Origin: an uncultured Candidatus Saccharibacteria bacterium
Lineage (GTDB): Bacteria > Patescibacteriota > Doudnabacteria > UBA920
Direction: 5' to 3'
NCBI GenBank assembly: GCA_964434195.1
Contig: CAYSUI010000003.1
Span: 26,181-90,180 of the forward strand
Length of the DNA: 64,000 bases
The notes beneath the pieces are model-generated. The model was not told where the DNA came from and did not search any database. It saw nothing but the letters and a program-made list of their open reading frames with translations. A program made the translations under genes and the position numbers. The stretch's first letter is position 1. Every line of letters starts with the position of its first letter. Of the stretch, positions 31,417 through 41,857 are shown piece by piece.

Positions 31417-31839
31417 ATGCGAAGAATATTTTGCACTGCGGTAGTGTTTGCGCTTTTCTGTTCCGTCCGCTTCCTCCCGGAAGCGAACGCAATCGAGCAC
31501 ACATATAACTGGACAGCTGGCGTAGGTGGAAACTATGCCTTCGTAAAGAAAGGTTTTGAAAAAGAGGTTTCTGCTAGTGGCTGGAAGCCCACAACAACCG
31601 TGACCATTCCAAAGATCCACACCCTAAGGTTTCGCGAGTGTGGTCAAAATGGCAACAGTCTTGGGTTTGCTTGTAAGGCTGTTATAAAGGTTAAAAGTAG
31701 GTGTGATGAGGCTGAGGAGTTTAAGGCCTGGTATAGCTCCAGTAAGGAGTTCGGAGAAGCTCAGTATATGGAGCTTGGCAAAGGCTTGGCTAAAAAATTC
31801 CTGGAGAGGTTTCATAATCAAAAGAGTCAATGCAGATAG
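31417..31839 (+). CDS. Secreted hypothetical protein
   Basis: AGGAGG SD; signal peptide ending EANA; several Cys; TTGACT-17-TATAAT upstream. Confidence 0.7.
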   Translation: MRRIFCTAVVFALFCSVRFLPEANAIEHTYNWTAGVGGNYAFVKKGFEKEVSASGWKPTTTVTIPKIHTLRFRECGQNGNSLGFACKAVIKVKSRCDEAEEFKAWYSSSKEFGEAQYMELGKGLAKKFLERFHNQKSQCR

Positions 31840-31915
31840 CGTTGGCTCTGTTTTTTTTATTGGAAATGGTGTAGGATATGGCTGGTTTTGTTTTTTCAAG
31901 AATGCAAGGAGGAAT

Positions 31916-32335
31916 ATGGGATATAAATTGTTCATGAAGCTTGTAGATTACGATGACAAGACTTTTTTAACATCACCCGTTGCTTATGGTGATGCTTCCG
32001 TGACATTTGTTTCCGGAGAGTGGTCGAGTGGGGCTCCTTTCCTAGAACGGTATGGTTACGGAATTACTTACTTTGATACCGTTGAAGAGGCTGTGAAATA
32101 TGCTGAGTTAGTAATACCCAGAACCTCAGCAAATGATTTCGAGGTGTGGAGAGTTGAGTTACAGGAAGCAGTTAAAAACTTACCAAAACCTCTTTCTTTG
32201 ACCGATGCGTCTCTGGGGATGATTCAGGAGAGTAGATCAAACTGGTTCCCGGGAACGAGAATGAGCAAAAGAGTTAAACCTGTTAAAAGGATAAGACTCT
32301 TTAAAGGAAATAACCTAGTGAGGGATTTGATATGA
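31916..32335 (+). CDS. Hypothetical protein
   Basis: AAGGAGG SD before ATG 31916; upstream part of track ORF overlaps previous gene. Confidence 0.65.
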   Translation: MGYKLFMKLVDYDDKTFLTSPVAYGDASVTFVSGEWSSGAPFLERYGYGITYFDTVEEAVKYAELVIPRTSANDFEVWRVELQEAVKNLPKPLSLTDASLGMIQESRSNWFPGTRMSKRVKPVKRIRLFKGNNLVRDLI

Positions 32336-32685
32336 AGGAAATTATCTGCACAATTCTTTTGGCGGTTTGGTGTTTATTGGGTTCATATGCCAATAGCCAA
32401 AGCGCTGAGATGCTTGTAAATATGTCCAAAAAATTTGACCGTACCGAAGTGGTGGTAAGCGATGTTCAAAGCTCAAAGGGCATTATAAAAGTAATAGTTG
32501 GAGATGCGCAGAAAGCAATATTTTTCTCTCCTCAGCATCCGCAAGCTGAAATGTTTAAGGAAATAGAAAAAGATATCTCCCAACAAAAACCCGTAAAAGT
32601 GAGGCTGGATTACTACTACGGTTATGACTCTAGTAGCTATGCGGTTGGGTCGAACTTGAAATTTACAAGGATCACGACTGAATAG
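32332..32685 (+). CDS. Small secreted hypothetical protein
   Basis: ATGA overlap with previous gene; signal peptide ending ANS|Q. Confidence 0.65.
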   Translation: MKEIICTILLAVWCLLGSYANSQSAEMLVNMSKKFDRTEVVVSDVQSSKGIIKVIVGDAQKAIFFSPQHPQAEMFKEIEKDISQQKPVKVRLDYYYGYDSSSYAVGSNLKFTRITTE

Positions 32686-34156
32686 TTTCAGGCATACCGA
32701 GCAGTTCGCAAACCATTGGTGCGACATTTGAAAGTCCGCCTTTTTTTATTGGATAATTTTTTAAAGTTATGAAAATAGGAATTGGGTTACTTGTGTGAGC
32801 GGTGTGTTTCCCGCCTTCGTGGATTACTTTTTCTGCGTTGCCGTGATCGGCTGTTATTACCAATACTCCCCCACCCTCCCCCACAACGTCATAGAGCCTT
32901 TTGAGTTCTTTGTCTAGAACCTCGATGGCTTTAACTGTAGCTTCGAAATTTCCTGTGTGACCAACCATGTCTGCATTGGCGTAGTTAATAAATAAAAAGT
33001 TAGTACCTTTTTTTATGTATTCAATTGCCTTATCTGTAATTTCTTTAGCTTTCATTTCTGGAGCTTGGTCGTGAGTGGCAATATCTTTTCTGCTTTCTAC
33101 TAAAACCCATTCTTCGCCGGGTGATTTGGTTTCGTTGCCTCCATTTAAAAAATATGTGGCGTGGGCGTATTTTTCGGTTTCGGCGATGTGAACTTGGGTT
33201 AGGCCTGCATGAGAAATTTTTGTAGAAAGTGTATCATTTAATTTTTCTGGAGGAAATGCAATTAGAACCTCTTTAAACTTTTCATCGTATTCTGTAAGAT
33301 TTGCAATTTCTAAGTTGTATTCCTGTTTTCGATTTAGAACGCGACTGACAATTTGCCTCATTCTATCGGGTCGGAAATTAAAAAAGAATATAGCGTCGTT
33401 TTGTTCTATACCGATTGTCTTTCCTTCTGCATCTTTAATAATATGTGGTTCAAAGTGCTCGTCGCTGAGTCCCTGTGCGTAAAGCTCCCTTGATAACTGA
33501 GAGGGTTTCTTAAATTCGCAGACGTTGCCCTTACAGTGGAAAATTGCGTCCTCGACTTTTTGTATTCGTTCCCAGTTGTTATCGCGATCCATGGCATAAT
33601 ATCGGCCTTGTACACTAGCTATTGCCCCTACGCCTTCTTTTTCTAAAAAGTTTTCTAACTCTTCTAAATACTCGTGTCCACTTTGAGGAGGCAAGTCTCG
33701 TCCATCGGTGAAGGCGTGAATAGCAATTTTAGTAATACCTAGTTTCTTAAATGCGATAACTAAAGCGTGTAGGTGTTCCTGATGGGAATGCACTCCCCCA
33801 GGACTAACCATACCCGCAAGATGCAAAATGGAGTTATTATTTAAAACATGCTCAGCTATTTTCTTTACCGCCTTATTTTCTTCGAGTTCATTATTTTCTA
33901 TTGCTTTAGTTATCCTGACTAGATCTTGATACAAAACCTTACCTGCACCAATAGTCATATGACCAACTTCACTGGAACCTATTTGCCCCTCGGGAAGACC
34001 CACGGCTTCCCCACTAGCCTCTAGGGGGCCCCATGAATAATTATTTTTTATGTAATCAAAAAATGGGGTTTTTGCTTGGGCAATAGCATTACCCTGGATT
34101 TCTTCGCTATATCCGAAACCATCTAATATAACTAGAACAACATTTTTATATTTCAT
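32672..34156 (-). CDS. gpmI: 2,3-bisphosphoglycerate-independent phosphoglycerate mutase
   Basis: ILDGFG, GSSEVGH, GGVHSH, DGRD, GRYYAMDRD, AETEKYAH, DMVGHTG, TADHGN. Confidence 0.98.
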   Translation of the reverse strand: MKYKNVVLVILDGFGYSEEIQGNAIAQAKTPFFDYIKNNYSWGPLEASGEAVGLPEGQIGSSEVGHMTIGAGKVLYQDLVRITKAIENNELEENKAVKKIAEHVLNNNSILHLAGMVSPGGVHSHQEHLHALVIAFKKLGITKIAIHAFTDGRDLPPQSGHEYLEELENFLEKEGVGAIASVQGRYYAMDRDNNWERIQKVEDAIFHCKGNVCEFKKPSQLSRELYAQGLSDEHFEPHIIKDAEGKTIGIEQNDAIFFFNFRPDRMRQIVSRVLNRKQEYNLEIANLTEYDEKFKEVLIAFPPEKLNDTLSTKISHAGLTQVHIAETEKYAHATYFLNGGNETKSPGEEWVLVESRKDIATHDQAPEMKAKEITDKAIEYIKKGTNFLFINYANADMVGHTGNFEATVKAIEVLDKELKRLYDVVGEGGGVLVITADHGNAEKVIHEGGKHTAHTSNPIPIFITLKNYPIKKGGLSNVAPMVCELLGMPETIQS

Positions 34157-34247
34157 GACTCTTGATATTTTTTAGGTTTTAATTTATAGTTTATGCGTCG
34201 CAGTCAAAAGTTCTTTATTACTAAATTTTATAAGCTTAAGCACATAA

Positions 34248-34511
34248 ATGCCAAATACTAAAACAGCCAAGAAGGCCATGCGCCAGTCTGAGAGACGCCG
34301 AGTAACAAACCTTAAGACCAAAAATAAACTAAAAGTCGCGGTTAAGACAGTACGCAAAAATATAGATGCCAAGAATTCTGCAACTATAGCAGAAGATCTT
34401 AAAAAGGCTTTCTCTGCTCTAGACAAAGCTGCAAAGAAAGGTGTCATTCATAAGAATACCGCTGATCGTAAAAAAAGCAGACTAGCAAAGGCTATAGCCA
34501 GGATTAAATAG
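34248..34511 (+). CDS. rpsT: 30S ribosomal protein S20
   Basis: MPNTKTAKKAMRQ...LDKAAKKGVIHKNTADRKKSRL. Confidence 0.98.
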   Translation: MPNTKTAKKAMRQSERRRVTNLKTKNKLKVAVKTVRKNIDAKNSATIAEDLKKAFSALDKAAKKGVIHKNTADRKKSRLAKAIARIK

Positions 34512-34517
34512 TCACAT

Positions 34518-34549
34518 AAAAAACACCGAGCAAATTTGCTCGGTGTTTT
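34518..34549. terminator. Bidirectional intrinsic terminator after rpsT
   Basis: AAAACACCGAGCAA/TTGCTCGGTGTTTT. Confidence 0.85.
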
Positions 34550-34581
34550 CTTTTCAAAAAAAATAACCCTAATATGAGTTA

Positions 34582-34815
34582 CTATACTTTTTGAGATATT
34601 AGAACTAAATACTCTTCTGGTTTGGTCCACTCTGAAAATACTAAGATTCCTTCTTTTACCTGGTTAATAATAGTCGTAAGGAGTTCTTTTTCTTCTTTAA
34701 TTTGGCAATTAAGTAAATACAACTCTGCATCTTTTACGAATGAAATAGATGCCGCGGTTTTACCTAATTCCCACTCAAAACCAGATGGCGGTACAACTCC
34801 TGTCTTTTTCTTCAT
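34582..34815 (-). CDS. Small hypothetical protein
   Basis: AGGAGG SD, 77 aa. Confidence 0.6.
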   Translation of the reverse strand: MKKKTGVVPPSGFEWELGKTAASISFVKDAELYLLNCQIKEEKELLTTIINQVKEGILVFSEWTKPEEYLVLISQKV

Positions 34816-34899
34816 AATCCTCCTAGATAGCTGAATTTTAAACTAATATATACTATAAAACATTCCGGCCAAATAAAAAATCACCGTTGCTGGTGAATT

Positions 34900-35817
34900 C
34901 TACTTTACGATCGGCGTATTACTAGCAAGCCTTGCCCAGAAACCTTCTTCCCCGGCGAATAGGAGCTCACCCTTTTCGAAACGCTTACCTGACTTTCCTT
35001 TTCCTATTGATACAGCATTGTCTGTGAACACCGAGTTAAGCCTAAGCTTGTAGGCTTTTCTGTCTTTCTGACTTTCTGCACTTTCAATACTGTAACCCAG
35101 AAAAGAATAACCGGTAAGCTCTGACGGGTCATAGAAGTAAACCTGAATATAGAGTGGTTCCAGTTTGTTTACTGGTTCAGGTTTTTCTTGGGGTTCCATC
35201 TTGAAGTTTCGAACAATAGACGGCTCTCCTGGAGAAAGGGTATTTTTTACATCTTCCTCTAGCAGTTCGTATACCGCTTTATCTATCTCGGTAACTTTCC
35301 CTTCTTTATTTACCCAGGAGTAGATAATTTCCGGTTTCAATTTTTCTTTTACCCAGATCCCGCACCAAGCTGGTTTGTAGTAAGGAAAGCTAGGTGTCGA
35401 CTGCGTGGTTAGACCCCAGTCAACTGAGTCTTCCTCGGCGAGCGAAGTATACTGCTGCTTTGTGACTCGAAATTTTCCAACTTCCGGCGCAAGTTTAATT
35501 TCTTTTTCTTGCTCGATTCCCATTTTTTCTTTGATGACGCGAATGGGGTTTATGGTTTTACTCACACCCTCTTTTACATCTTCAATATTTCTTTCGAAAA
35601 AATCCTTAAGGACTGTAGTAATTGGAATCGTATCGGCCGCTAAAACGATTTCGTATTTTTCTTCCTTACGTATCTCGACAACTTGCTCGAGGTCGGGTTT
35701 TGTTACCCCTGCACTCGCTTTTTCGATATAAGTAAGAATTTCTTTTTGATGACCTAGGCACCACAAAGCACCCAAGACTATAGCTATGAACGCCAAGCAT
35801 CTGAGAATAAAGTTCAT
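34900..35817 (-). CDS. N-terminally membrane-anchored hypothetical protein
   Basis: GGAGGG SD; TTGACA-17-TACAAT (35888-35860); N-terminal hydrophobic helix. Confidence 0.75.
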   Translation of the reverse strand: MNFILRCLAFIAIVLGALWCLGHQKEILTYIEKASAGVTKPDLEQVVEIRKEEKYEIVLAADTIPITTVLKDFFERNIEDVKEGVSKTINPIRVIKEKMGIEQEKEIKLAPEVGKFRVTKQQYTSLAEEDSVDWGLTTQSTPSFPYYKPAWCGIWVKEKLKPEIIYSWVNKEGKVTEIDKAVYELLEEDVKNTLSPGEPSIVRNFKMEPQEKPEPVNKLEPLYIQVYFYDPSELTGYSFLGYSIESAESQKDRKAYKLRLNSVFTDNAVSIGKGKSGKRFEKGELLFAGEEGFWARLASNTPIVK

Positions 35818-35917
35818 ACTTCCCTCCACATATATATTTTCTGTTTGAATTAATAGGCAATTGTATATAGAAGTCTGAGTGGTGTCAAAAATAAAAAAAG
35901 CGCAAAATTTTGCGCAA

Positions 35918-36574
35918 TTATTCTTTCTTCACCCTAAGAAGCCTTGCCATAAGAACACCTCGGTCTGCAATCTTTGTTGGTAACTCAATATATTCGATAT
36001 CGCCTGAATTATGTCTTAGACCAAGAAAAACCTTATGACCTACCACATAATTTATGTCACTTGATCTGTATTCGTAATTGAATTGTTTGTCTAATTCGAT
36101 TACTCTCGAGGGCATTTCTACTACCACTGGCTTATTTTGGTAAATCCATAACTGAACCGGTTGAGAATATTCGGGCCAGGTACTTGTAAGCGTAATGGAA
36201 AAAAAATTACCGGACTCGTCTAACTTCACAGTATAATCGAAGCTCTTCTGGTAAATTTGCTTGGGCTCGACTTGGTCTTCTACTCCCTTAAAATTTACTT
36301 GTGGGGGTTTAGTTTCTGGGCTACTTATAAAGCTTGCCTCAGAGACTTGTTTGCTTTCTGAATCAGTCGACGAATTAGCTATTAAATTGAAGAAACTTCC
36401 GACGATTACGAGAATGAAAACAATAACTAAAATCGCCCTATTTCTACCATGTATGTAGGCTTCTTCTTTTTCTGCTTCTGCTTTTTCCTGTGCTTTAGAA
36501 GCAAGATATCTACTATATTGCTCATGTTTTAGGGCTTTTTGCCGCAATTCAGCTGCTGTTTCTTGTCTCCTCAT
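35918..36574 (-). CDS. Bitopic membrane protein (cytoplasmic coiled coil, TM, extracytoplasmic beta domain)
   Basis: GGAGG SD; AILVIVFILVIVGSFF TM; Ser-rich linker. Confidence 0.75.
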   Translation of the reverse strand: MRRQETAAELRQKALKHEQYSRYLASKAQEKAEAEKEEAYIHGRNRAILVIVFILVIVGSFFNLIANSSTDSESKQVSEASFISSPETKPPQVNFKGVEDQVEPKQIYQKSFDYTVKLDESGNFFSITLTSTWPEYSQPVQLWIYQNKPVVVEMPSRVIELDKQFNYEYRSSDINYVVGHKVFLGLRHNSGDIEYIELPTKIADRGVLMARLLRVKKE

Positions 36575-36670
36575 TTAGGCCTCCGGGAAAAAATATAAAA
36601 TCTATAAGAACTGACAATACCATAAAATCTAGATAAAAGCAAGGGAAATAAAAAGAGTAGGTTTTTATAC

Positions 36671-38767
36671 CTACTCGCGGGGCCTCAGGGGCACCTTATT
36701 TTCTGCTTCTTGAGGTTTGGCCTCAACCTGAAAAGATACAGACCCACAGTCACCTACCTTATCCTCTGTTCCTTCCAGGAAGAACAGGTCTTCTCCGCAG
36801 ACGTTTCTTTCCACAAGACCCCTATCACTCCCCCAGGAGTTTCCTCCCAAGTGGGGTCGGAGCTTCACGCTTCCGGCTAGTATCCTTAAAGCAATTGGAG
36901 ATGCTGCACCTCCACCTGTAATTTGTTTTGGCATTGGTGAGTTGTCTGTCTTACCGAGCCAAACTACAACCACAAGGTTGGGAGAGAATACAATAAACCA
37001 AGCGTCTTTGTTATCCTGCGTTGTACCTGACTTACCGGCTTTCAAACCTGTATAGAATGCGGCAGACACTGCGCCAGTGCCGCCGGGCTTGAGTGGCCCT
37101 TCTAGGAGATGGCACATAAGCTCGGCTTCATCGGGGTTAATGGTCTGAACTCCGGCATAGGGAAACTCCTTCCTTTCGCCGTTGGTGAGATGCACTGCGG
37201 TTCGAATTAGTTGCGCGTTGGGCAACTTACCTCCGCTCGGGAACATAGAGTAGGCGCGCGCAACTTGGACGACACTAAACAAGTTTGTACCGAGTGCGTT
37301 ACTTAGTACAATAGTCGGCTTGCCGTTTTGCATAGGCCACTTAAATACATCTTTGGTGATGTTGTAAGTACCTTTTGCAACACCGGGCTGATTAAAGAGT
37401 TCTACCGTTACCGGGTTTTTACTCTTTGAGATTGCGGTTTGTATCGAGACAAGCTGACCAGAATAAGTGTCGCCGTAGTTTCCTGGACTGTACACCTGAC
37501 CATTTTCCAACTCGAAGGTTTTTGGTTCGTCCATAAACCTACTCGCTGGGTTCCAGTCGGGAATACCATCGCCGTTGTTGTCTTCTCGAAGTGCAGCAGT
37601 GTAGACGAATGGCTTAAAAGCCGAGCCTAGTTGTCGCTGCATAGTGAAGGGTAGATTGTACGGAACTTTTTGGAAGCCCGTACCTGCAGCTGCCAGAACT
37701 TCGCCAGTTTGCGGTCTCATAACAACAACCGCAACATCTGTTCCCGCTGGGCGATTCTTAATTTCCTGCACAACCAACCTTTGAATATCTGGGTCGATTG
37801 TGGTTTCGAACCTGAATTCTCGAGCGTCGAGTTTTGCTTCTTTTGCTCTGGCCGCGACTGCGCCGGCTACGTATGGAGCGGCGTCGGCGTCGAAACTTCC
37901 AGAGGTTTCTCTGTCAGTTTTTTCGCCCATTGCCTTCACATATTCGCCTTCGCTCACCCAACCGAGTTCTTTAAGTCTTTCTAAGACCCGATTGCGACGT
38001 TTGGTGCCTTCGGTTACAAAATTAGCTTTTTTTTCTGATTCGGTAAGTGCTCGCGGAGCGAACCTTCCGGGACTGCTAATGGCTCCTGCCAAGTGCGCGG
38101 CCTCCGCCCAGCTTAACTGCTTGAGGTCTTTGCGGAAATAAACGAATGCAGCTTGGCGTAAACCTTCGATGCACTGGCCTCCCCAGTTGCCCATGTAGAT
38201 GTTATTCCCATAGGCTTCGAAGATTTGTTGTTTGGAGTAATAGCCTTCCCAAGCCAGGGCGATTTCTGCCTCGGTGATTTTTCGGCCATACGTTTTATCA
38301 GCCTTGCTAAGCCCTCCAACTTTCAGAACAGTTACGAGTTGCTGGGTAAGAGTGCTAGCGCCGGACTGCCTTCCACCGCCAGCATTCCTTAACAGGGCAG
38401 CGATTATTCTAGTCGGAGAGACACCGAAATGCTTTTCAAAATCAGCATCCTCTATTGCCAACACTGCCAAATAGACTAGATTGCTATAATCCGCAAATGC
38501 AGCAGGGTGTACCAAGCAACCTTCCTCGGTAGGAACAGCTTGGTTAATATACCTGTACTCCTCGGGATTATAACCCCCGTTTTCTTTGTTTGGGGCAGCG
38601 AAAATACCAGCCCCAAAACTTCGATCTATGAGTGGAACTTTGGCGACAATTTCTTTGTTCTTCTGGTAATCATTTCCAAAAATTACTCCGAGAACTATTA
38701 GCATTAGCACCACGAGCCCCAGGATGACTAATAGGATTGTTTTCCATTTTTCTTTCAGAAAATCCAT
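36671..38767 (-). CDS. Class A penicillin-binding protein (GT51 transglycosylase + transpeptidase)
   Basis: EDADFEKHFG, GASTLTQQL, RKITE; SAFK (SxxK), SKN, KSG; N-terminal TM. Confidence 0.95.
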   Translation of the reverse strand: MDFLKEKWKTILLVILGLVVLMLIVLGVIFGNDYQKNKEIVAKVPLIDRSFGAGIFAAPNKENGGYNPEEYRYINQAVPTEEGCLVHPAAFADYSNLVYLAVLAIEDADFEKHFGVSPTRIIAALLRNAGGGRQSGASTLTQQLVTVLKVGGLSKADKTYGRKITEAEIALAWEGYYSKQQIFEAYGNNIYMGNWGGQCIEGLRQAAFVYFRKDLKQLSWAEAAHLAGAISSPGRFAPRALTESEKKANFVTEGTKRRNRVLERLKELGWVSEGEYVKAMGEKTDRETSGSFDADAAPYVAGAVAARAKEAKLDAREFRFETTIDPDIQRLVVQEIKNRPAGTDVAVVVMRPQTGEVLAAAGTGFQKVPYNLPFTMQRQLGSAFKPFVYTAALREDNNGDGIPDWNPASRFMDEPKTFELENGQVYSPGNYGDTYSGQLVSIQTAISKSKNPVTVELFNQPGVAKGTYNITKDVFKWPMQNGKPTIVLSNALGTNLFSVVQVARAYSMFPSGGKLPNAQLIRTAVHLTNGERKEFPYAGVQTINPDEAELMCHLLEGPLKPGGTGAVSAAFYTGLKAGKSGTTQDNKDAWFIVFSPNLVVVVWLGKTDNSPMPKQITGGGAASPIALRILAGSVKLRPHLGGNSWGSDRGLVERNVCGEDLFFLEGTEDKVGDCGSVSFQVEAKPQEAENKVPLRPRE

Positions 38768-38878
38768 TATGCTCCTCCCTTATGAACTAAAAAAGATTGC
38801 AAGTAGAATATGCAATTAAATAAAAAAAACAGACTTTTGTCAAGCCTGATAGTGAATCTTTTATGAGACTCCTTCAAA

Positions 38879-39820
38879 TTATCTTGGGTTAAACATGGGA
38901 GCGACTTCATTGGTTATCTTTAAAACCCTCTGAACATGCAAAATGCTATCGTTATCCGTTCCTCTTTGAAATGAAGGACCGTTCACGTAATTTTTGAATG
39001 CTGACCATTTGGGGTCATTTTCAGGTGGGTAGATAAAGTCCCTAATTGTTGTGGCTCGTGGTGCTTTCGACATTGCGTTCACGAGAGCACTGGGCCCTGC
39101 TTTCCAACCTAACAGCGCAAGATCTTGGGCTTGGGCCCAAGTTAGGGTTGGATACCTGCGTTTTACTCCACTGGCTATTTCACTCAAGTAGCACGAGGCA
39201 AAGAAAGCAGCTTGGTAGAAGTTTCTACGATCGAAGTAAGGTTTGTTGTTTGCATTATAGAATGCATAACCTTTCAACTCAGCTAGTCCACCGTATTTCG
39301 ACACCATACCTTCCCAGGTACCACCGAGGAATTGGAAACAGCCTTGTGCGCTAGTCCCCATCCTGTTACCTATCATACAATTACCGGTGGATTCCTGAAC
39401 CATGGTTGCGGTTAGATGCGCTGGGGAAACTTTTAATCTACCAGTAGCTAGACTTGCGTCTTTACTCGCCTGAGCAAGAGCATCTTCGGGTTTATATGGA
39501 CCCAAAAGAAAATCTACTCGTTTTAATGCGACCGCTGCCTTAGTTCCTTTCGGAACAGCTCTGCTTCCGACGAGTGCTTCTTGGTTACTTGGAGCTGGTG
39601 AGGTTTGGGATTGCCGCGTGGACACTTGGCTTGATTCAGAACCACTGGATCGTGATGTTTCTTTATTGCCCCATCCGCCAAATTTTGAATTTGACCTTGT
39701 ACTGGTTGGAGTTGGAGTGGGTTTAGCAGGTGTATTTTTTCTGATAATAACCTGCTGAGAAAACCCACTAACCGGATAAAAAAAGATTATGAAAAATAAA
39801 AAGACTTTTTTGCCGTTCAT
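38879..39820 (-). CDS. Secreted lytic transglycosylase (SLT/GH23-like) with Pro/Ser/Thr linker
   Basis: Signal peptide; QES catalytic Glu motif, AQGCFQF...TW, degenerate motif III GWKAGP. Confidence 0.8.
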   Translation of the reverse strand: MNGKKVFLFFIIFFYPVSGFSQQVIIRKNTPAKPTPTPTSTRSNSKFGGWGNKETSRSSGSESSQVSTRQSQTSPAPSNQEALVGSRAVPKGTKAAVALKRVDFLLGPYKPEDALAQASKDASLATGRLKVSPAHLTATMVQESTGNCMIGNRMGTSAQGCFQFLGGTWEGMVSKYGGLAELKGYAFYNANNKPYFDRRNFYQAAFFASCYLSEIASGVKRRYPTLTWAQAQDLALLGWKAGPSALVNAMSKAPRATTIRDFIYPPENDPKWSAFKNYVNGPSFQRGTDNDSILHVQRVLKITNEVAPMFNPR

Positions 39821-39885
39821 CTAACCTCCTTGAACTGCTTTGGTTTTTATAAAATGAAAGTAAAAAGTAACATGTGACTGTTTAG

Positions 39886-39899
39886 GTGTCAATTGACAC
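39886..39899. promoter_or_regulatory. Back-to-back -35 boxes of divergent promoters (perfect palindrome GTGTCAATTGACAC)
   Basis: TTGACA on each strand; plus-strand TATTAAT 17 nt downstream. Confidence 0.7.
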
Positions 39900-39962
39900 T
39901 TAGCTTAATATTGGTTATTAATAAACATTCTTTCTCATACAAAAAAACGGAGGTAAAAAAAT

Positions 39963-40928
39963 ATGAAGAACACTTGGTTGATAATTTTTCTGGCCCTGAC
40001 TCTAACAGTTTTCGCGGTAGCACAAACCCAGAATAATAAGTTTGGTAGTGTGACCAGGACTAAGGAGTCGGAGCAAGGAAAAGCAACACCGACACCAAAA
40101 GCGATTCTGACACCGCAGAAGCCCAAAGTAAAAGCGAATACTGGAAGTGAGTCGAATGCTAGGAATGGGAACAATCCCTCATCGATGACGAATCCAAACC
40201 CAAATGGAGGTGGTGTAAAACTTTTGCCCAGGTCTACCCCTACTCCCACTCCTACTCCTTCAAGAGAGAATGTTGGAGCCGTGCCGACACCCACTCCGAC
40301 ACCAAACCCTACGCCGGCAATTAAAAAAGTAGCAACCCCCACACCAACACCTACACCCGCACCAGTGACGGACTACACACCAGTATGGCAAAAGTTTGCG
40401 ACAGAAGCAGAAGTCAGAAGCCACAATGTTCTAACAATTGGTAACGGTATTATTACCTCTTACCAAAAAAATAACGAACATGTTGCCGAAGATACGCTGA
40501 GGTCGAGTGGATGTCCTGATACGGATCTTAGGTGCACTTATTTGGCCAGTTACCTGATTAAGAAGTCACTGAATTCGACAACCAGGAAATTTGCTGATAA
40601 ACAGGTAAATAAATTCTTGGACCGATTCACTAAACGAGAAGCACCTAAAAGTATGGGACTATCTTGTGTGAACTGTGAAACGGAATTTAGAAACCTTCAG
40701 GTGGCAGCTTCTATTTCCCTGACCCTTGACCCTAACAGTAAAAGAAGTAAAAAAATCATGAACCAATTGGGGTACTTTTATACCATGAGGTTTGTTGATT
40801 CTAACGGTAAGACCACTCGGGAACCGAATTTACTGAGTGCCAGCGAATGCCTGCTTTCAGGGGATGATGAGAAAACTTTTCAGATCGTCAGGCTCGAGAA
40901 AAATTTCAAAATTGCGGAAATAAAATAG
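39963..40928 (+). CDS. Secreted Pro/Thr-rich protein with novel helical C-terminal domain (paralogue A1)
   Basis: Signal peptide AVA|Q, (PT)n linker, C-domain clearly similar to 41858-42697. Confidence 0.85.
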   Translation: MKNTWLIIFLALTLTVFAVAQTQNNKFGSVTRTKESEQGKATPTPKAILTPQKPKVKANTGSESNARNGNNPSSMTNPNPNGGGVKLLPRSTPTPTPTPSRENVGAVPTPTPTPNPTPAIKKVATPTPTPTPAPVTDYTPVWQKFATEAEVRSHNVLTIGNGIITSYQKNNEHVAEDTLRSSGCPDTDLRCTYLASYLIKKSLNSTTRKFADKQVNKFLDRFTKREAPKSMGLSCVNCETEFRNLQVAASISLTLDPNSKRSKKIMNQLGYFYTMRFVDSNGKTTREPNLLSASECLLSGDDEKTFQIVRLEKNFKIAEIK

Positions 40929-40949
40929 CACACTTACGTGTGCGTTTTT

Positions 40950-41711
40950 TTATGGACAATCGCTCTTGAACAGACTCCCTAAAAATCCACACCGTTTTTT
41001 TGCCTGTTCTCGAATTTTTCGATTGGGTTCTGTGATGACTACTCGCTGACAGTAGGCATCGCTCCTGACCCACTGTCCTTGATACCGAATGTACCAATGA
41101 CGGTCAGTACTAATGACACAGCCAGTATCTGGCTCTGATGCAACATCGCTCTGGTTAATTGGCGCTGGTTCGGGTGAAGGAGAAGTGGGGGCTGGGCTTC
41201 TGTTTATGAAACCTTTTTTTGCACTCTCCTCATGTTTTCTAGGTTCGTTCTTTGGTAACGACTGGGGTTGTAATGGGGGCTCTGCATATACCCAACGTGG
41301 TCGTTTCGCGGGTTTTAGATTGGGAGTAGGCGCGGTTATGGGTCTAGTAAATATTACCGTTTCCACAACTTTACTTGAACTCACTTTGTTATACCTAGAA
41401 ACGTTATTCCTCGAAACAACCATAAGCTTTTGTTGCTTTTTTGACTTAGGAGAAACTTCCTTTTTTTCGATTGGAGGCTTCCCCAGGTCTGGGGTGTCTT
41501 CACTCCCCAAAACCACACTGGCTTCTGTGCTATCCATTTCTGGAGTAGCTGAAACCATGGGTGATGGCTCTGGTGAAGGTGTAATGCTTTCTGTATTCAC
41601 GATTTTTGCTTGGTCGCTGGATATGGGAGGCAAATGTGGCTCATTTTGACTCGCGCAACCTGCGAACACTAAAACCGTGGCCACTAAAATGAGTGTGGTT
41701 AATTGTTTCAT
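40950..41711 (-). CDS. Lipoprotein with Pro-rich stalk and Cys-rich C-terminal module (paralogue B1)
   Basis: Lipobox FAGC; C-terminus CVISTDRHWY...YC...KKRCGFLGSLFKSDC. Confidence 0.85.
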   Translation of the reverse strand: MKQLTTLILVATVLVFAGCASQNEPHLPPISSDQAKIVNTESITPSPEPSPMVSATPEMDSTEASVVLGSEDTPDLGKPPIEKKEVSPKSKKQQKLMVVSRNNVSRYNKVSSSKVVETVIFTRPITAPTPNLKPAKRPRWVYAEPPLQPQSLPKNEPRKHEESAKKGFINRSPAPTSPSPEPAPINQSDVASEPDTGCVISTDRHWYIRYQGQWVRSDAYCQRVVITEPNRKIREQAKKRCGFLGSLFKSDCP

Positions 41712-41857
41712 TATTCTCCTTCTTTTTGTGTGTGGAGTTCAGGGATAAAAAATGTACATGTTTTTTAGTGAGCAGTCAATATTTTATTGACACTAATACA
41801 TTTTTACGTTATTAATATACATTCGTTCTAATAGTAAATCTTTATTTGGAGGAACAG

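Noticed and set aside
31703-31915. N-terminal extension of track ORF 31703..32335
   Set aside because: It overlaps the upstream gene and its terminator; a strong SD supports the ATG at 31916.
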